DNA from: Solirubrobacterales bacterium
GTDB lineage: Bacteria > Actinomycetota > Thermoleophilia > Solirubrobacterales > 70-9
Reading direction: 5' to 3'
Assembly (NCBI GenBank): GCA_009691195.1
Contig: SHVA01000008.1
Coordinates: 1,785-65,784 of the forward strand
Length of the DNA: 64,000 bases
The notes under the pieces were generated by a model that had not been told where the DNA came from, searched no databases, and saw nothing but the letters and a program-made list of their open reading frames with translations. The translations under genes and the position numbers were made by a program. Of the stretch, positions 1 to 7,362 are shown piece after piece. How positions within the stretch are numbered: the stretch's first letter is position 1; each line of letters starts with the position of its first letter.

Positions 1-526
1 CCTGCTCCGCCGGGATCTGTTCGCCGAGCAGCATCATCTCGTTGACCTTCTTCCGCGGAACGTTGCGGTAGATGATCGACATGATCATGTAGGGGAAGGC
101 GCCGACGTTGATCTCGGGGGTGCCGAAGCGGGCGCCCTCCCGTGCGATCACGAGGTCGCAGGAGAGCGCCAGCCCCATCCCGCCGGCGAGCACGTGGCCG
201 TTGGCCGCGCAGAGCGAGGGCTTGCCCAGGCGCGGCATCACCCTGAAGAACTCGAGGAACAGATCGGAGGCGAAGTGCTTGTCCACCAGCGGCACGTCAG
301 CGGCGAACCCTCCGAGGTCGGCTCCCGCGCAGAACACCTTTTCACCGGCGCCGGTCAGCACCACGGCGCGAACCGCGTCGTCCTCGCGCGCGGCCTTGAT
401 CGCGTCCACGAGCTGGCTCAGCAGCTCGCCGTTGAGCGCGTTGCGCTGCTCCGGGCGGTTCAGCGTCACGGTGGCGACGCCGTCGGCGACCTCGTACAGC
501 AGCTCCTTGTCACCCGTGCCGGCCAT
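1..526 (-). CDS. enoyl-CoA hydratase/isomerase (crotonase) family protein, C-terminus cut by window edge
   Basis: My translation of the minus strand from the ATG at 526 gives MAGTGDKELLYEVADGVATVTLNRPEQRNALNGELLSQLVDAIKAA...VLTGAGEKVFCAGADL...ANGHVLAGGMGLALSCDLVIAREGARFG, a typical crotonase. It is absent from the ORF track because it runs off the window. Confidence 0.85.
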   Translation of the reverse strand, partial: MAGTGDKELLYEVADGVATVTLNRPEQRNALNGELLSQLVDAIKAAREDDAVRAVVLTGAGEKVFCAGADLGGFAADVPLVDKHFASDLFLEFFRVMPRLGKPSLCAANGHVLAGGMGLALSCDLVIAREGARFGTPEINVGAFPYMIMSIIYRNVPRKKVNEMMLLGEQIPAEQ

Positions 527-555
527 GGGCGGCAGCGTAGTTGATTCGGCGCCCG

Positions 556-578
556 ATTAGGAAGTGAGACGTTCTACT
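556..578. promoter_or_regulatory. 23-nt AT-rich palindromic motif, copy A (ATTAGGAAGTGAGACGTTCTACT), putative operator
   Basis: It lies in the divergent spacer between the crotonase (start 526) and MMPL (start 669). It matches copy B at 3458-3480 in 19 of 23 positions. Half-sites are AGTAGrA with a 9-nt spacer. Confidence 0.45.
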
Positions 579-668
579 GATCGCGAGCGCTCAGGAGCTC
601 GTCAGAAGGCGGTAGGCGCCCCCAAGCCGGCTTCCACGGCGTCCGCGGAGCCGAAGTAGGATCGCGCA

Positions 669-2765
669 GTGTTCGAGGAGATAGCCCACCGCGCCTACCT
701 GCATCGCGGCAGGTGGGTGGCGATATCGGTGCTGGGCGTTTTCGGCGCGGTGGTGATCGCCGCGGGGGTCTTCGACGCCGTCAAGCCGTTCGGCTTCCGC
801 GATCCTGACTCCGAGAGCTCACGCGCCTTCAACCGGCTCGAGGACGCCAGCGGTGAGAAGGCGCTGCCGGGGGTCCTGCTGCTGGTCGAGCCCCAGGCGC
901 GCGTCGCCAGCGCCGACGGGCGCAGGGCGATCCAGCGGACGGCTCGCGAGCTGGCGCGGATCGAGGGCATCGCCAGGGTCGTGACGCCCGCGCCGCACGG
1001 CGCGCTCACCTCCGAGAACGGGCGGCTCGCGCTCGTCGAAGGATTCCTGGAGGCCTCGGAGGACGATCCCTCGGAGGTCGGCGACCGCGTCCTCTCCACG
1101 TTCGAGAATCGGCCGGGCGTCGAGGCGGGGGGCGAGGCCGTCGCCTCCAGCCAGCTCAACCAGACGACCGAGGACGATCTTCGCCGAATCGAGCTGTTCG
1201 CCGCGCCGATCCTGTTCCTGCTCTCACTGCTGATCTTCAGGGGGCTGGTCGCGGCCACGCTGCCGCTGATCGTGGGCGCGACCTCGATCATCCTCACCCT
1301 GTTCATGCTGAAGCTGCTGACGGGGATCGTCGAGATCGACGTGTTCGCGATCAACATCGTCACCGGCCTCGGCCTCGGCCTCGCGATCGACTACAGCCTC
1401 TTCGTTGTCTCTCGCTATCGCGAGGAGATCGATCGCCAGGGGGCGACCGGCGCAGCGCTGAGGTCGACGATGGCCGCAGTGGGGCCGATGGTGGGCTTCA
1501 GCGGGCTCACGGTGGCGGTTGCCCTGGTGTCTCTCGTGGTCTTCCCCCAGCGGTTCCTGTACTCGATCGGGATCGGGGGGGCGCTGGTGGCGCTGCTCTC
1601 CGCCCTCGTCGTGGTCACGGTGCTGCCGGCGCTGCTCGCGCTGCTCGGCGACAGGGTCAACGCCCTGGCGCCCCCCGGCCTCCAGCGCCGAACGGGCAGT
1701 CGGCGCTGGTACCGGTTCGCGCGGGCGGTGATGCGGCACCCGCTGCCGGTGGTGACGATCGTCGCGGCGGTCATGATCGTCGCCGGCCTCCCCTTCCTGC
1801 GGGTCGCGCTGACCCGGGCCGACAGTCGGGTGCTGCCCGCCGACGCGAGCGCGCGGCAGGTGGACGTCGTGATCAAGTCCAAGTTCGCCGCCAATCCCTC
1901 AGACCAGATCGTGGTGGTCCTCGACACCCAGGGCTCGGCCTCGGCGGGCTCCCCGCAGGCCGCCGGCCGCGAGCTGGTCGGCGACGAGGCGGTGGCGGTG
2001 GTGCTGGCGCCGAGGCCCGTCGACGGCGTCTCGCGCGTCGATGGGGAGCTGTCGGCCGAGCCCTACTCCGACCGCGCCCTGGACGCGGTCCAGAGGGCGA
2101 GGTCCCTGGACTGGGGATCGCCGGCGCTGGTGGGCGGACCATCCGCGGAACTGGCTGACCAGGGCGCCAGCCTCTCGTCCCACCTGCCCCTGGCGATGGC
2201 GATCATCGTCCTCTCGACGCTGACGATCCTGTTCGTGATGACGAGGTCGGTGACGCTGCCCTTGGCGGCGCTGCTGATGAACTTCCTCACGGTCAGCGTC
2301 GCCTTCGGCGTCCTCGTGCTGATCTTCCAGGACGGCCGTTTCGAGGAGGTGCTGGACTACATGAGCGGGGGCGCGCTCGACACCTCGATGCCGATCCTCC
2401 TGTTCGCCGTCACCTTCGGCCTCTCGACCGACTACGGCGTGTTCCTGCTCCAGAGGATCAAGGAGGCCCGCGAGGCCGGGGCGGATGACGCCCAGGCGGT
2501 GGCACTCGGCCTCGAGCGCAGCGGCCGCATCATCACCGCCGCGGCGCTGCTGTTCGCGGTCGCGATGGGCGCCTTCGTCTTCTCGGACCTGATCTACATC
2601 AAGCAGGTCGCGGTCGGCACGGCCGTCGCGGTCCTGGTTGACGCGACGCTGGTGCGCGGTCTGCTGTTCCCGGCGCTGATGCGGCTGCTCGGGCCCTGGG
2701 CCTGGTGGGCACCCCGCCGGATGCGGCGCGACGCGCCGCCCAAGAAGAGCGTCGCCTCGAGTTGA
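669..2765 (+). CDS. MMPL family (RND-like) membrane transporter
   Basis: 698-aa ORF with a GTG start. Two multi-TM blocks carry GLGLAIDYSLFVVSRYREE and GLSTDYGVFLLQRIKE motifs typical of MMPL proteins. It is a paralog of 8654-10765 and 21028-23238. Confidence 0.85.
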   Translation: MFEEIAHRAYLHRGRWVAISVLGVFGAVVIAAGVFDAVKPFGFRDPDSESSRAFNRLEDASGEKALPGVLLLVEPQARVASADGRRAIQRTARELARIEGIARVVTPAPHGALTSENGRLALVEGFLEASEDDPSEVGDRVLSTFENRPGVEAGGEAVASSQLNQTTEDDLRRIELFAAPILFLLSLLIFRGLVAATLPLIVGATSIILTLFMLKLLTGIVEIDVFAINIVTGLGLGLAIDYSLFVVSRYREEIDRQGATGAALRSTMAAVGPMVGFSGLTVAVALVSLVVFPQRFLYSIGIGGALVALLSALVVVTVLPALLALLGDRVNALAPPGLQRRTGSRRWYRFARAVMRHPLPVVTIVAAVMIVAGLPFLRVALTRADSRVLPADASARQVDVVIKSKFAANPSDQIVVVLDTQGSASAGSPQAAGRELVGDEAVAVVLAPRPVDGVSRVDGELSAEPYSDRALDAVQRARSLDWGSPALVGGPSAELADQGASLSSHLPLAMAIIVLSTLTILFVMTRSVTLPLAALLMNFLTVSVAFGVLVLIFQDGRFEEVLDYMSGGALDTSMPILLFAVTFGLSTDYGVFLLQRIKEAREAGADDAQAVALGLERSGRIITAAALLFAVAMGAFVFSDLIYIKQVAVGTAVAVLVDATLVRGLLFPALMRLLGPWAWWAPRRMRRDAPPKKSVASS

Positions 2766-2783
2766 GGGGGGTCCGCCCGCGGG

Positions 2784-3386
2784 CTAAGCGGGGGTGCTGC
2801 GTGGGTCGCCGCTGCCGCTGAGCGAGAGGACCGGAGATCCTTCGCGATCGAGAGCGCGCAACATCGCTTCGACCACGCGGCGGTCGAACTGGCTGCCCGC
2901 TCCCTTGAGCAGCTCCTCGCGGGCGACCGCCGGGCCCAGGGCGGGCCGGTAGACGCGGTCGGCGGTCATCGCCTCGTAGGCGTCGGCGACGGCGAGGATC
3001 GACGCCTCGAGCGGGATCTCATCGCTGTTGAGCTGCTTGGGGTAGCCCTGACCGTCGGGGTGCTCATGGTGGCCGAGGATCCATTCACGGACGGGGAACA
3101 GTTCGGGATCGGCGGTCATCACCTGCTTCGCGACCCTGGGGTCAGCGATCATGACGACGTGGCCCGAGGGGCCGAGCTTGAGCGAGAAGATCTTGCCGTG
3201 GCGCTCGCGACAGCGTTCCATCAGCTCCATCGGCCGGCGCATCCACTGCATCGTCTGCAGCGCGCGCGGAGACCCGGGGCCGGGCGGAAGACGCTCTCCC
3301 TGACCCCCCTGACCGTTGAAGCTGCTTCCTTGCAGGCCCTCGGACATCTGGCCAAAGATCGTACGGATCGGCACCCACAGTGGCAA
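2784..3386 (-). pseudogene. in-frame chimeric ORF: cytochrome P450 N-terminal fragment fused to the C-terminal part of an HD-GYP domain
   Basis: Residues 30-98 (ERLPPGPGSPRALQTMQWMRRPMELMERCRERHGKIFSLKLGPSGHVVMIADPRVAKQVMTADPELF) read like a P450 N-terminus. Residues 100-200 (WILGHHEHPDGQGYPKQLNSDEIPLEASILAVADAYEAMTADRVYR...) are the HHExxDGxGYP half of HD-GYP. The heme-binding region and the HD motif are both absent. Confidence 0.6.
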
Positions 3387-3457
3387 CGCCCTCCGCCGGA
3401 AAGCAACAAATGTTCCAGTCCGGGCCCCGCGCCGCGCCGCGTGCGGACCCTGGCGAC

Positions 3458-3480
3458 AGTAGGAAGTAAGAAGTCCTACT
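3458..3480. promoter_or_regulatory. 23-nt palindromic motif, copy B (AGTAGGAAGTAAGAAGTCCTACT), putative operator
   Basis: Perfect 7-bp arms AGTAGGA/TCCTACT with a 9-nt spacer, located 66 nt upstream of the acyl-CoA dehydrogenase GTG. It matches copy A at 556-578 in 19 of 23 positions. Confidence 0.45.
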
Positions 3481-3545
3481 ATTCACGTTGCGAGCACGAC
3501 GCCCGCGCGAGTTCAGCCGAGGAAAGCGACAGAAGGAGCAAAGCC

Positions 3546-4754
3546 GTGGCCAGCGCCCCCTCCAGCGTGATCAAGCCGGACCATGCGGCAAGCCGCAAGC
3601 ACATGATCTTCACCGACGAGCACGAGGCGCTGCGCGAGTCGATGCAGGCCTGGGTCCTGAAGGAGGTCACCCCCAACCGGCACGACTGGGAGGAGAACTA
3701 CTGGCCCGACTCGATCCTCAAGCGCGCCGGCGACCTCGGCTTCCTCGGGCTCTGCTTCCCGGAGGAGTACGGCGGCCAGGGCGGCGACTACTACTACTCG
3801 CTGGTCCGGGCCGAGTGCCTGAGCTACTCGGGCTGCGGCGGCCTCAACATGGGCTTCGCGGTCCACACCGACATGGCGACGCCGCCGATCCACCTGCTCG
3901 GCAGCGAAGAGCTCAAGCAGCGCTACCTCCCCGCCTCCATCGCCGGGGACAAGATCTCGTGCCTCGGCATCACCGAGCCGGGCGCGGGATCCGACGTGGC
4001 GGGCATTCGCACCACGGCTATCCGCGACGGTGACGAGTACGTGATCAACGGCTCCAAGACCTTCATCACCAACGCCCCGCGCGCCGACTACATCGTGCTC
4101 GTCACCAAGACCGACCCGGAAAAGGGCCACGACGGGATCACCCTCTTCGTCGTCGACCTCAAGGACGACGACGGCAACCCGGTCCCCGGCTTCAGCGTCT
4201 CAGCCGAGCTGGAGAAGATGGGGATGCACGCCTCCGACACCGGTGAGATCGCCTTCGAGGACGTCCGCGTCCCGGTCGAGAACATGCTGGGCGAGGAGGG
4301 CAAGGGCTTCTACCACATCTCCTGGGAGCTCCAGGGAGAGCGGCTGGTCGCGGCCGCCGGCTGCGTCTCGGGCGCCGAGCGGATGTTCGAGCGCACGCTC
4401 GAGTACGCGCTCGAGCGCGAGGCCTTCGGACGGCCGATCGGGCGCTTCCAGGCAATCCGGCACAAGTTCGCCGAGATGTCGACCCAGATCGAGGCCGCGA
4501 AGCAGTTCACCTACGCGACCGCCCGGCGCTTCGCCAACGGCGAGTACCCGGTCCGCGAGATCTCGCAGGCGAAGCTCTTCACCTCGCGGATGATCTGCGA
4601 CGTCGCCGACGAGTGCATCCAGATCCACGGCGGCTACGGCTACATGAAGGAGTACGAGATCGAGCGCGCCTACCGCGACGCCCGGCTCAACCGGATCGGC
4701 GCCGGCACCGACGAGATCATGCTCGAGGTCATCGGCCGCAGCTACGGGCTCTAG
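3546..4754 (+). CDS. acyl-CoA dehydrogenase
   Basis: This is the C-terminal 400 aa of ORF 3060-4754. Motifs: ITEPGAGSDVAGIRT, NGSKTFITN, QIHGGYGYMKEY. GTG 3546 is preceded by GAAGGAG at 7-nt spacing; the alternative start is ATG 3603. Confidence 0.9.
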   Translation: MASAPSSVIKPDHAASRKHMIFTDEHEALRESMQAWVLKEVTPNRHDWEENYWPDSILKRAGDLGFLGLCFPEEYGGQGGDYYYSLVRAECLSYSGCGGLNMGFAVHTDMATPPIHLLGSEELKQRYLPASIAGDKISCLGITEPGAGSDVAGIRTTAIRDGDEYVINGSKTFITNAPRADYIVLVTKTDPEKGHDGITLFVVDLKDDDGNPVPGFSVSAELEKMGMHASDTGEIAFEDVRVPVENMLGEEGKGFYHISWELQGERLVAAAGCVSGAERMFERTLEYALEREAFGRPIGRFQAIRHKFAEMSTQIEAAKQFTYATARRFANGEYPVREISQAKLFTSRMICDVADECIQIHGGYGYMKEYEIERAYRDARLNRIGAGTDEIMLEVIGRSYGL

Positions 4755-5155
4755 CGCCCGGCCACCTTCTTGTAGGCCTCGAAGTTCTCCTCGGCGGTCT
4801 CGACGATTGCCCTCACCTCGGTGACCCCGCCCCGAATCGGTGCCTTCCGGGCCCACTCGACCGCCTCGTCGAGGTCCGCGCACTCGAAGATCCAGTAGCC
4901 GGCGATCTGCTCCTTGGATTCTGCGTAGGGGCCGTCGGTGACGACGACGACGACGACGACGTCGCCGTCCTCGCCGTAGCGCAAGGTCCGCGCGCAGGAG
5001 CTCGGCCCGAGGCCGTCGCCGCCGACCACCACACCGGCCTTCTCGAGCGCGCCATTGAACTCGTTCATCTCCGAGACGATCGTCTCCATCTCCTCGGGCG
5101 TCACAGCCGCGATCACGGACTCGTCGGCGATCAGGGAGACCATGTACTTGCTCAT
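4751..5155 (-). CDS. YCII/DGPF domain protein
   Basis: MSKYMVSL...TDGPYAESKEQIAGYWIFECADLDEAVEWARKAP. ATG 5155 lies 8 nt after AGGAGG. Paralog of 6464-6823. Confidence 0.8.
   Translation of the reverse strand: MSKYMVSLIADESVIAAVTPEEMETIVSEMNEFNGALEKAGVVVGGDGLGPSSCARTLRYGEDGDVVVVVVVTDGPYAESKEQIAGYWIFECADLDEAVEWARKAPIRGGVTEVRAIVETAEENFEAYKKVAGR
4940..4960 (-). repeat. perfect (GTC)7 trinucleotide repeat encoding Val7 inside the DGPF gene
   Basis: The plus strand reads GACGACGACGACGACGACGAC and translates as DGD-VVVVVVV-TDGP. The paralog has GGDRTLTDGP at the same place. Confidence 0.95.
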
Positions 5156-5175
5156 CGTTTCCACCTCCTGTTGCG

Positions 5176-5231
5176 AGCGGCGCCGTTCGCCGCTTTCACC
5201 CTAACGACGAGCGGGAAGCGCCCGATCGACG
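5176..5231 (-). promoter_or_regulatory. ECF-type promoter box (CGTCGAT-N15-CGTC) plus 5'-UTR hairpin, copy 2, upstream of DGPF gene 4751-5155
   Basis: On the minus strand: CGTCGATCGGGCGCTTCCCGCTCGTCGTTAGGGTGAA followed by hairpin AGCGGCG-AACGG-CGCCGCT (5194-5176). Box and layout are nearly identical to 6842-6897. Confidence 0.55.
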
Positions 5232-6563
5232 TTTATTCCGCGAGCTCCTCGATCCGGCGCTCCAGGAAGGCCCCTGGACGGGGTTGGTGCTGAGCTCCAG
5301 CCCGCGGCGGTAGGCCGCGACGGCCTCACCGTTGCGCCCGAGGCGGCCGAGCAGGTCGGCGCGGCTGACGTGGAAGGGGGCGTAGCGATCGAGGCCCTCG
5401 ATCGCGTCGATCAGCTCCAGGCCGGCCTCGGGTCCCTCGTCCATCGCCACCGCGATCGCGCGGTTGAGCTCGATCACAGGCGAGGGCTGGATCCGCGTCA
5501 GCTGCCCGTAGAGGAGGCCGATCCGGCGCCAGTCGGTCTGCTCGGCAGCCTCGACGCGGGCGTGTTCGGCGGCGATCCTGGCTTGGATCGAGTACGGGCC
5601 GACGACGCCCGCCAACAGGTCAACGAGGGCCAGGCCCTCGGTGATCTGGCCACGGTCCCAACGCGAGCGGTCCTGGTCGGACAGCAGCACCATCTCGCCC
5701 GATTCGTCGAGCCGGGCCAGGCGCCGTGAGTGCTGCAGGAGCATCAGGGCCAGCAGCGCCCTCGCCTCAGGGTCGCCGGGCAGGGTCTCGTTCAGCACCC
5801 GAGCGAGCCGGATCGCCTCGTCGGCGAGCTCTGAACGGATCAAGGCGTCCGAGCTCGAGGCGAAGTAGCCCTCGTTGAAGACGAGGTAGAGCGTCGCCAG
5901 CACCGAGGTGAGTCGCTCGGGGAGCTGCTCGGCCGACGGCACCTCATAGGGGATGCCGGCGTCCCTGATCTTGGCCTTGGCCCGGACCAGGCGCTGCGCC
6001 ATGGTCGCCTCCGAGGTCAGGAAGGCGCTTGCAATCTCGGCGGTGGTCAGGCCGCCGAGCGTGCGCAGGGTGAGCGCGACCCGGGCCTGCGGGCGCAGTG
6101 CCGGGTGGCAGCAGGTGAAGATCAGGCGAAGGCGGTCGTCGGGCACATCGGTCGCCTCCGCCCCGGCCTCGACCTCCTCGGCGCCCGGCGCCAGGGCCTC
6201 GAGCCCCTCCAGCACCTCCACCTTGACCCGAAGCGTCTGATCGCGGCGGAGCCGGTCGATCGCCTTGTTGCGGGCGACCCTGGTGATCCAGGCGCCCGGG
6301 TTGTCGGGGACCCCGTCGGCGGGCCAGCGCTCGAGCGCGACCACGAAGGCCTCCTGAACGGCCTCCTCGGCGGCGTCGAAATTGCCGAGGAGCCGGATCA
6401 GGGTCGCGACCGCCCGCCCCGACTCATGCCGGAACAGGCGGTCGACGAGTTGATCGGAGCCCTCTATGACTCGTCGAAGACCATCACCGGCCGCACCTCG
6501 ACCGCGCCGGCCCGCGAGGGGATCCTCTTCGCCCAGTCGAGCGCCTCGTCGAGGTCCTTGCAA
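5196..6563 (-). CDS. ECF sigma factor with long C-terminal TPR-like extension (ECF42-like); 3' end apparently frameshifted, start uncertain
   Basis: Sigma-2 region (RLFRHESGRAVATLIRLLGNFDAAEEAVQEAF...AWITRVARNKAIDRLRR), sigma-4 region (LGGLTTAEIASAFLTSEATMAQRLVRAKAKI) and a roughly 200-aa helical tail, flanked by two DGPF genes. The only canonical start is TTG 6563, which overlaps the upstream gene by 100 nt. Confidence 0.8.
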   Translation of the reverse strand: MQGPRRGARLGEEDPLAGRRGRGAAGDGLRRVIEGSDQLVDRLFRHESGRAVATLIRLLGNFDAAEEAVQEAFVVALERWPADGVPDNPGAWITRVARNKAIDRLRRDQTLRVKVEVLEGLEALAPGAEEVEAGAEATDVPDDRLRLIFTCCHPALRPQARVALTLRTLGGLTTAEIASAFLTSEATMAQRLVRAKAKIRDAGIPYEVPSAEQLPERLTSVLATLYLVFNEGYFASSSDALIRSELADEAIRLARVLNETLPGDPEARALLALMLLQHSRRLARLDESGEMVLLSDQDRSRWDRGQITEGLALVDLLAGVVGPYSIQARIAAEHARVEAAEQTDWRRIGLLYGQLTRIQPSPVIELNRAIAVAMDEGPEAGLELIDAIEGLDRYAPFHVSRADLLGRLGRNGEAVAAYRRGLELSTNPVQGPSWSAGSRSSRNKRRSGASRSSLG

Positions 6564-6823
6564 TCGAGAACGTAGAAGCCGCCGACCTGCTCCTTCGACT
6601 CCGCGAAGGGGCCGTCGGTGAGCGTGCGGTCGCCGCCGTTCTCCGGGATCCGCACCGTTGTCGCCGTGGCGCTCGGCTGCAACCCCTCACCGGCGACGAA
6701 GGCGCCCTTGTCGACCGTCTCCTGGCTGTACGCGGCCCAGCGGTCCATCTCCGCCTTCATCTGCTCGGGAGTGGCGTCCTCCATCCCGCCCTCGGGCCCG
6801 AAGATCGTGAGCATGTACTTCAT
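6464..6823 (-). CDS. YCII/DGPF domain protein
   Basis: MKYMLTIFGPEGG...LTDGPFAESKEQVGGFYVLDCKDLDEALDWAKRIP, with GGAGGG RBS before ATG 6823. Confidence 0.85.
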   Translation of the reverse strand: MKYMLTIFGPEGGMEDATPEQMKAEMDRWAAYSQETVDKGAFVAGEGLQPSATATTVRIPENGGDRTLTDGPFAESKEQVGGFYVLDCKDLDEALDWAKRIPSRAGAVEVRPVMVFDES

Positions 6824-6841
6824 GATTCCCTCCTTTTTCGT

Positions 6842-6897
6842 GCAGCGCTCATGCGCTGCTTCACCCTAACGACGAACGGGATGGGCCCGGATCGACA
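6842..6897 (-). promoter_or_regulatory. ECF-type promoter box (TGTCGAT-N16-CGTC) plus 5'-UTR hairpin, copy 1, upstream of the DGPF-sigma operon
   Basis: On the minus strand: TGTCGATCCGGGCCCATCCCGTTCGTCGTTAGGGTGAA followed by hairpin GCAGCGC-ATGA-GCGCTGC (6859-6842), then AAAAAGGAGGG and the ATG. Confidence 0.55.
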
Positions 6898-7362
6898 GGC
6901 TCAGGTAAGAATCCCTTCATCGGCGCCAACCTCGACCACATCCGCAGCTACTACGAGGCCCTCAACACCGGCGACGCGGACGCCGTCGCCGGGCACTTCA
7001 GCGACGACGCGGTCCACTACTACACGCGCCTGGGGCCCCACCGCGGCCGCGAGATCGCCGACAACGCGGCCTGGGGCGTGGCGCAGGTGGACGGGCAGTG
7101 GCGGCTGGAGCACGGGATCGAGTCCGGGGACGAGGCCGTGATCGAGTGGACGATGACCTGGCGCGACCCGAAGTCAGGTGAGGAGCGCCTCAACCGGGGC
7201 ACCGAGTGGTTCCGGCTTCGCGACGGCAGGATCGCCGAGGTCCGCGCATACCACCACGGGGACCGCAAGAACCCGAGCGGCGACCTGCTCGGCTTCGACC
7301 ACGCCGCCCGCGGCCACACCACGATGGCGGACTGGAAGCCTCCGGCGGGAGGGAAACGATGA
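6881..7362 (+). CDS. SnoaL-like / NTF2-fold protein; N-terminal part has no canonical in-frame start (probable 1-nt indel)
   Basis: The frame of 7078-7362 extends upstream as NPFIGANLDHIRSYYEALNTGDADAVAGHFSDDAVHYYTR, a typical SnoaL N-terminal helix, with no ATG/GTG/TTG back to the stop at 6823. ATG 6881 lies in the neighbouring frame. The stop overlaps the next start (ATGA, 7359-7362). Confidence 0.6.

Noticed and set aside
3060-3545. Long N-terminal extensions in the ORF track (3060-3545 on the ACAD; also 15707-16267, 40854-41489, 38743-39780, 43298-43612, 51915-52295)
   Set aside because: The extensions overlap neighbouring genes or promoters, are Arg/Pro-rich, and homology begins at an internal start with an RBS. 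I trimmed the CDS calls accordingly.
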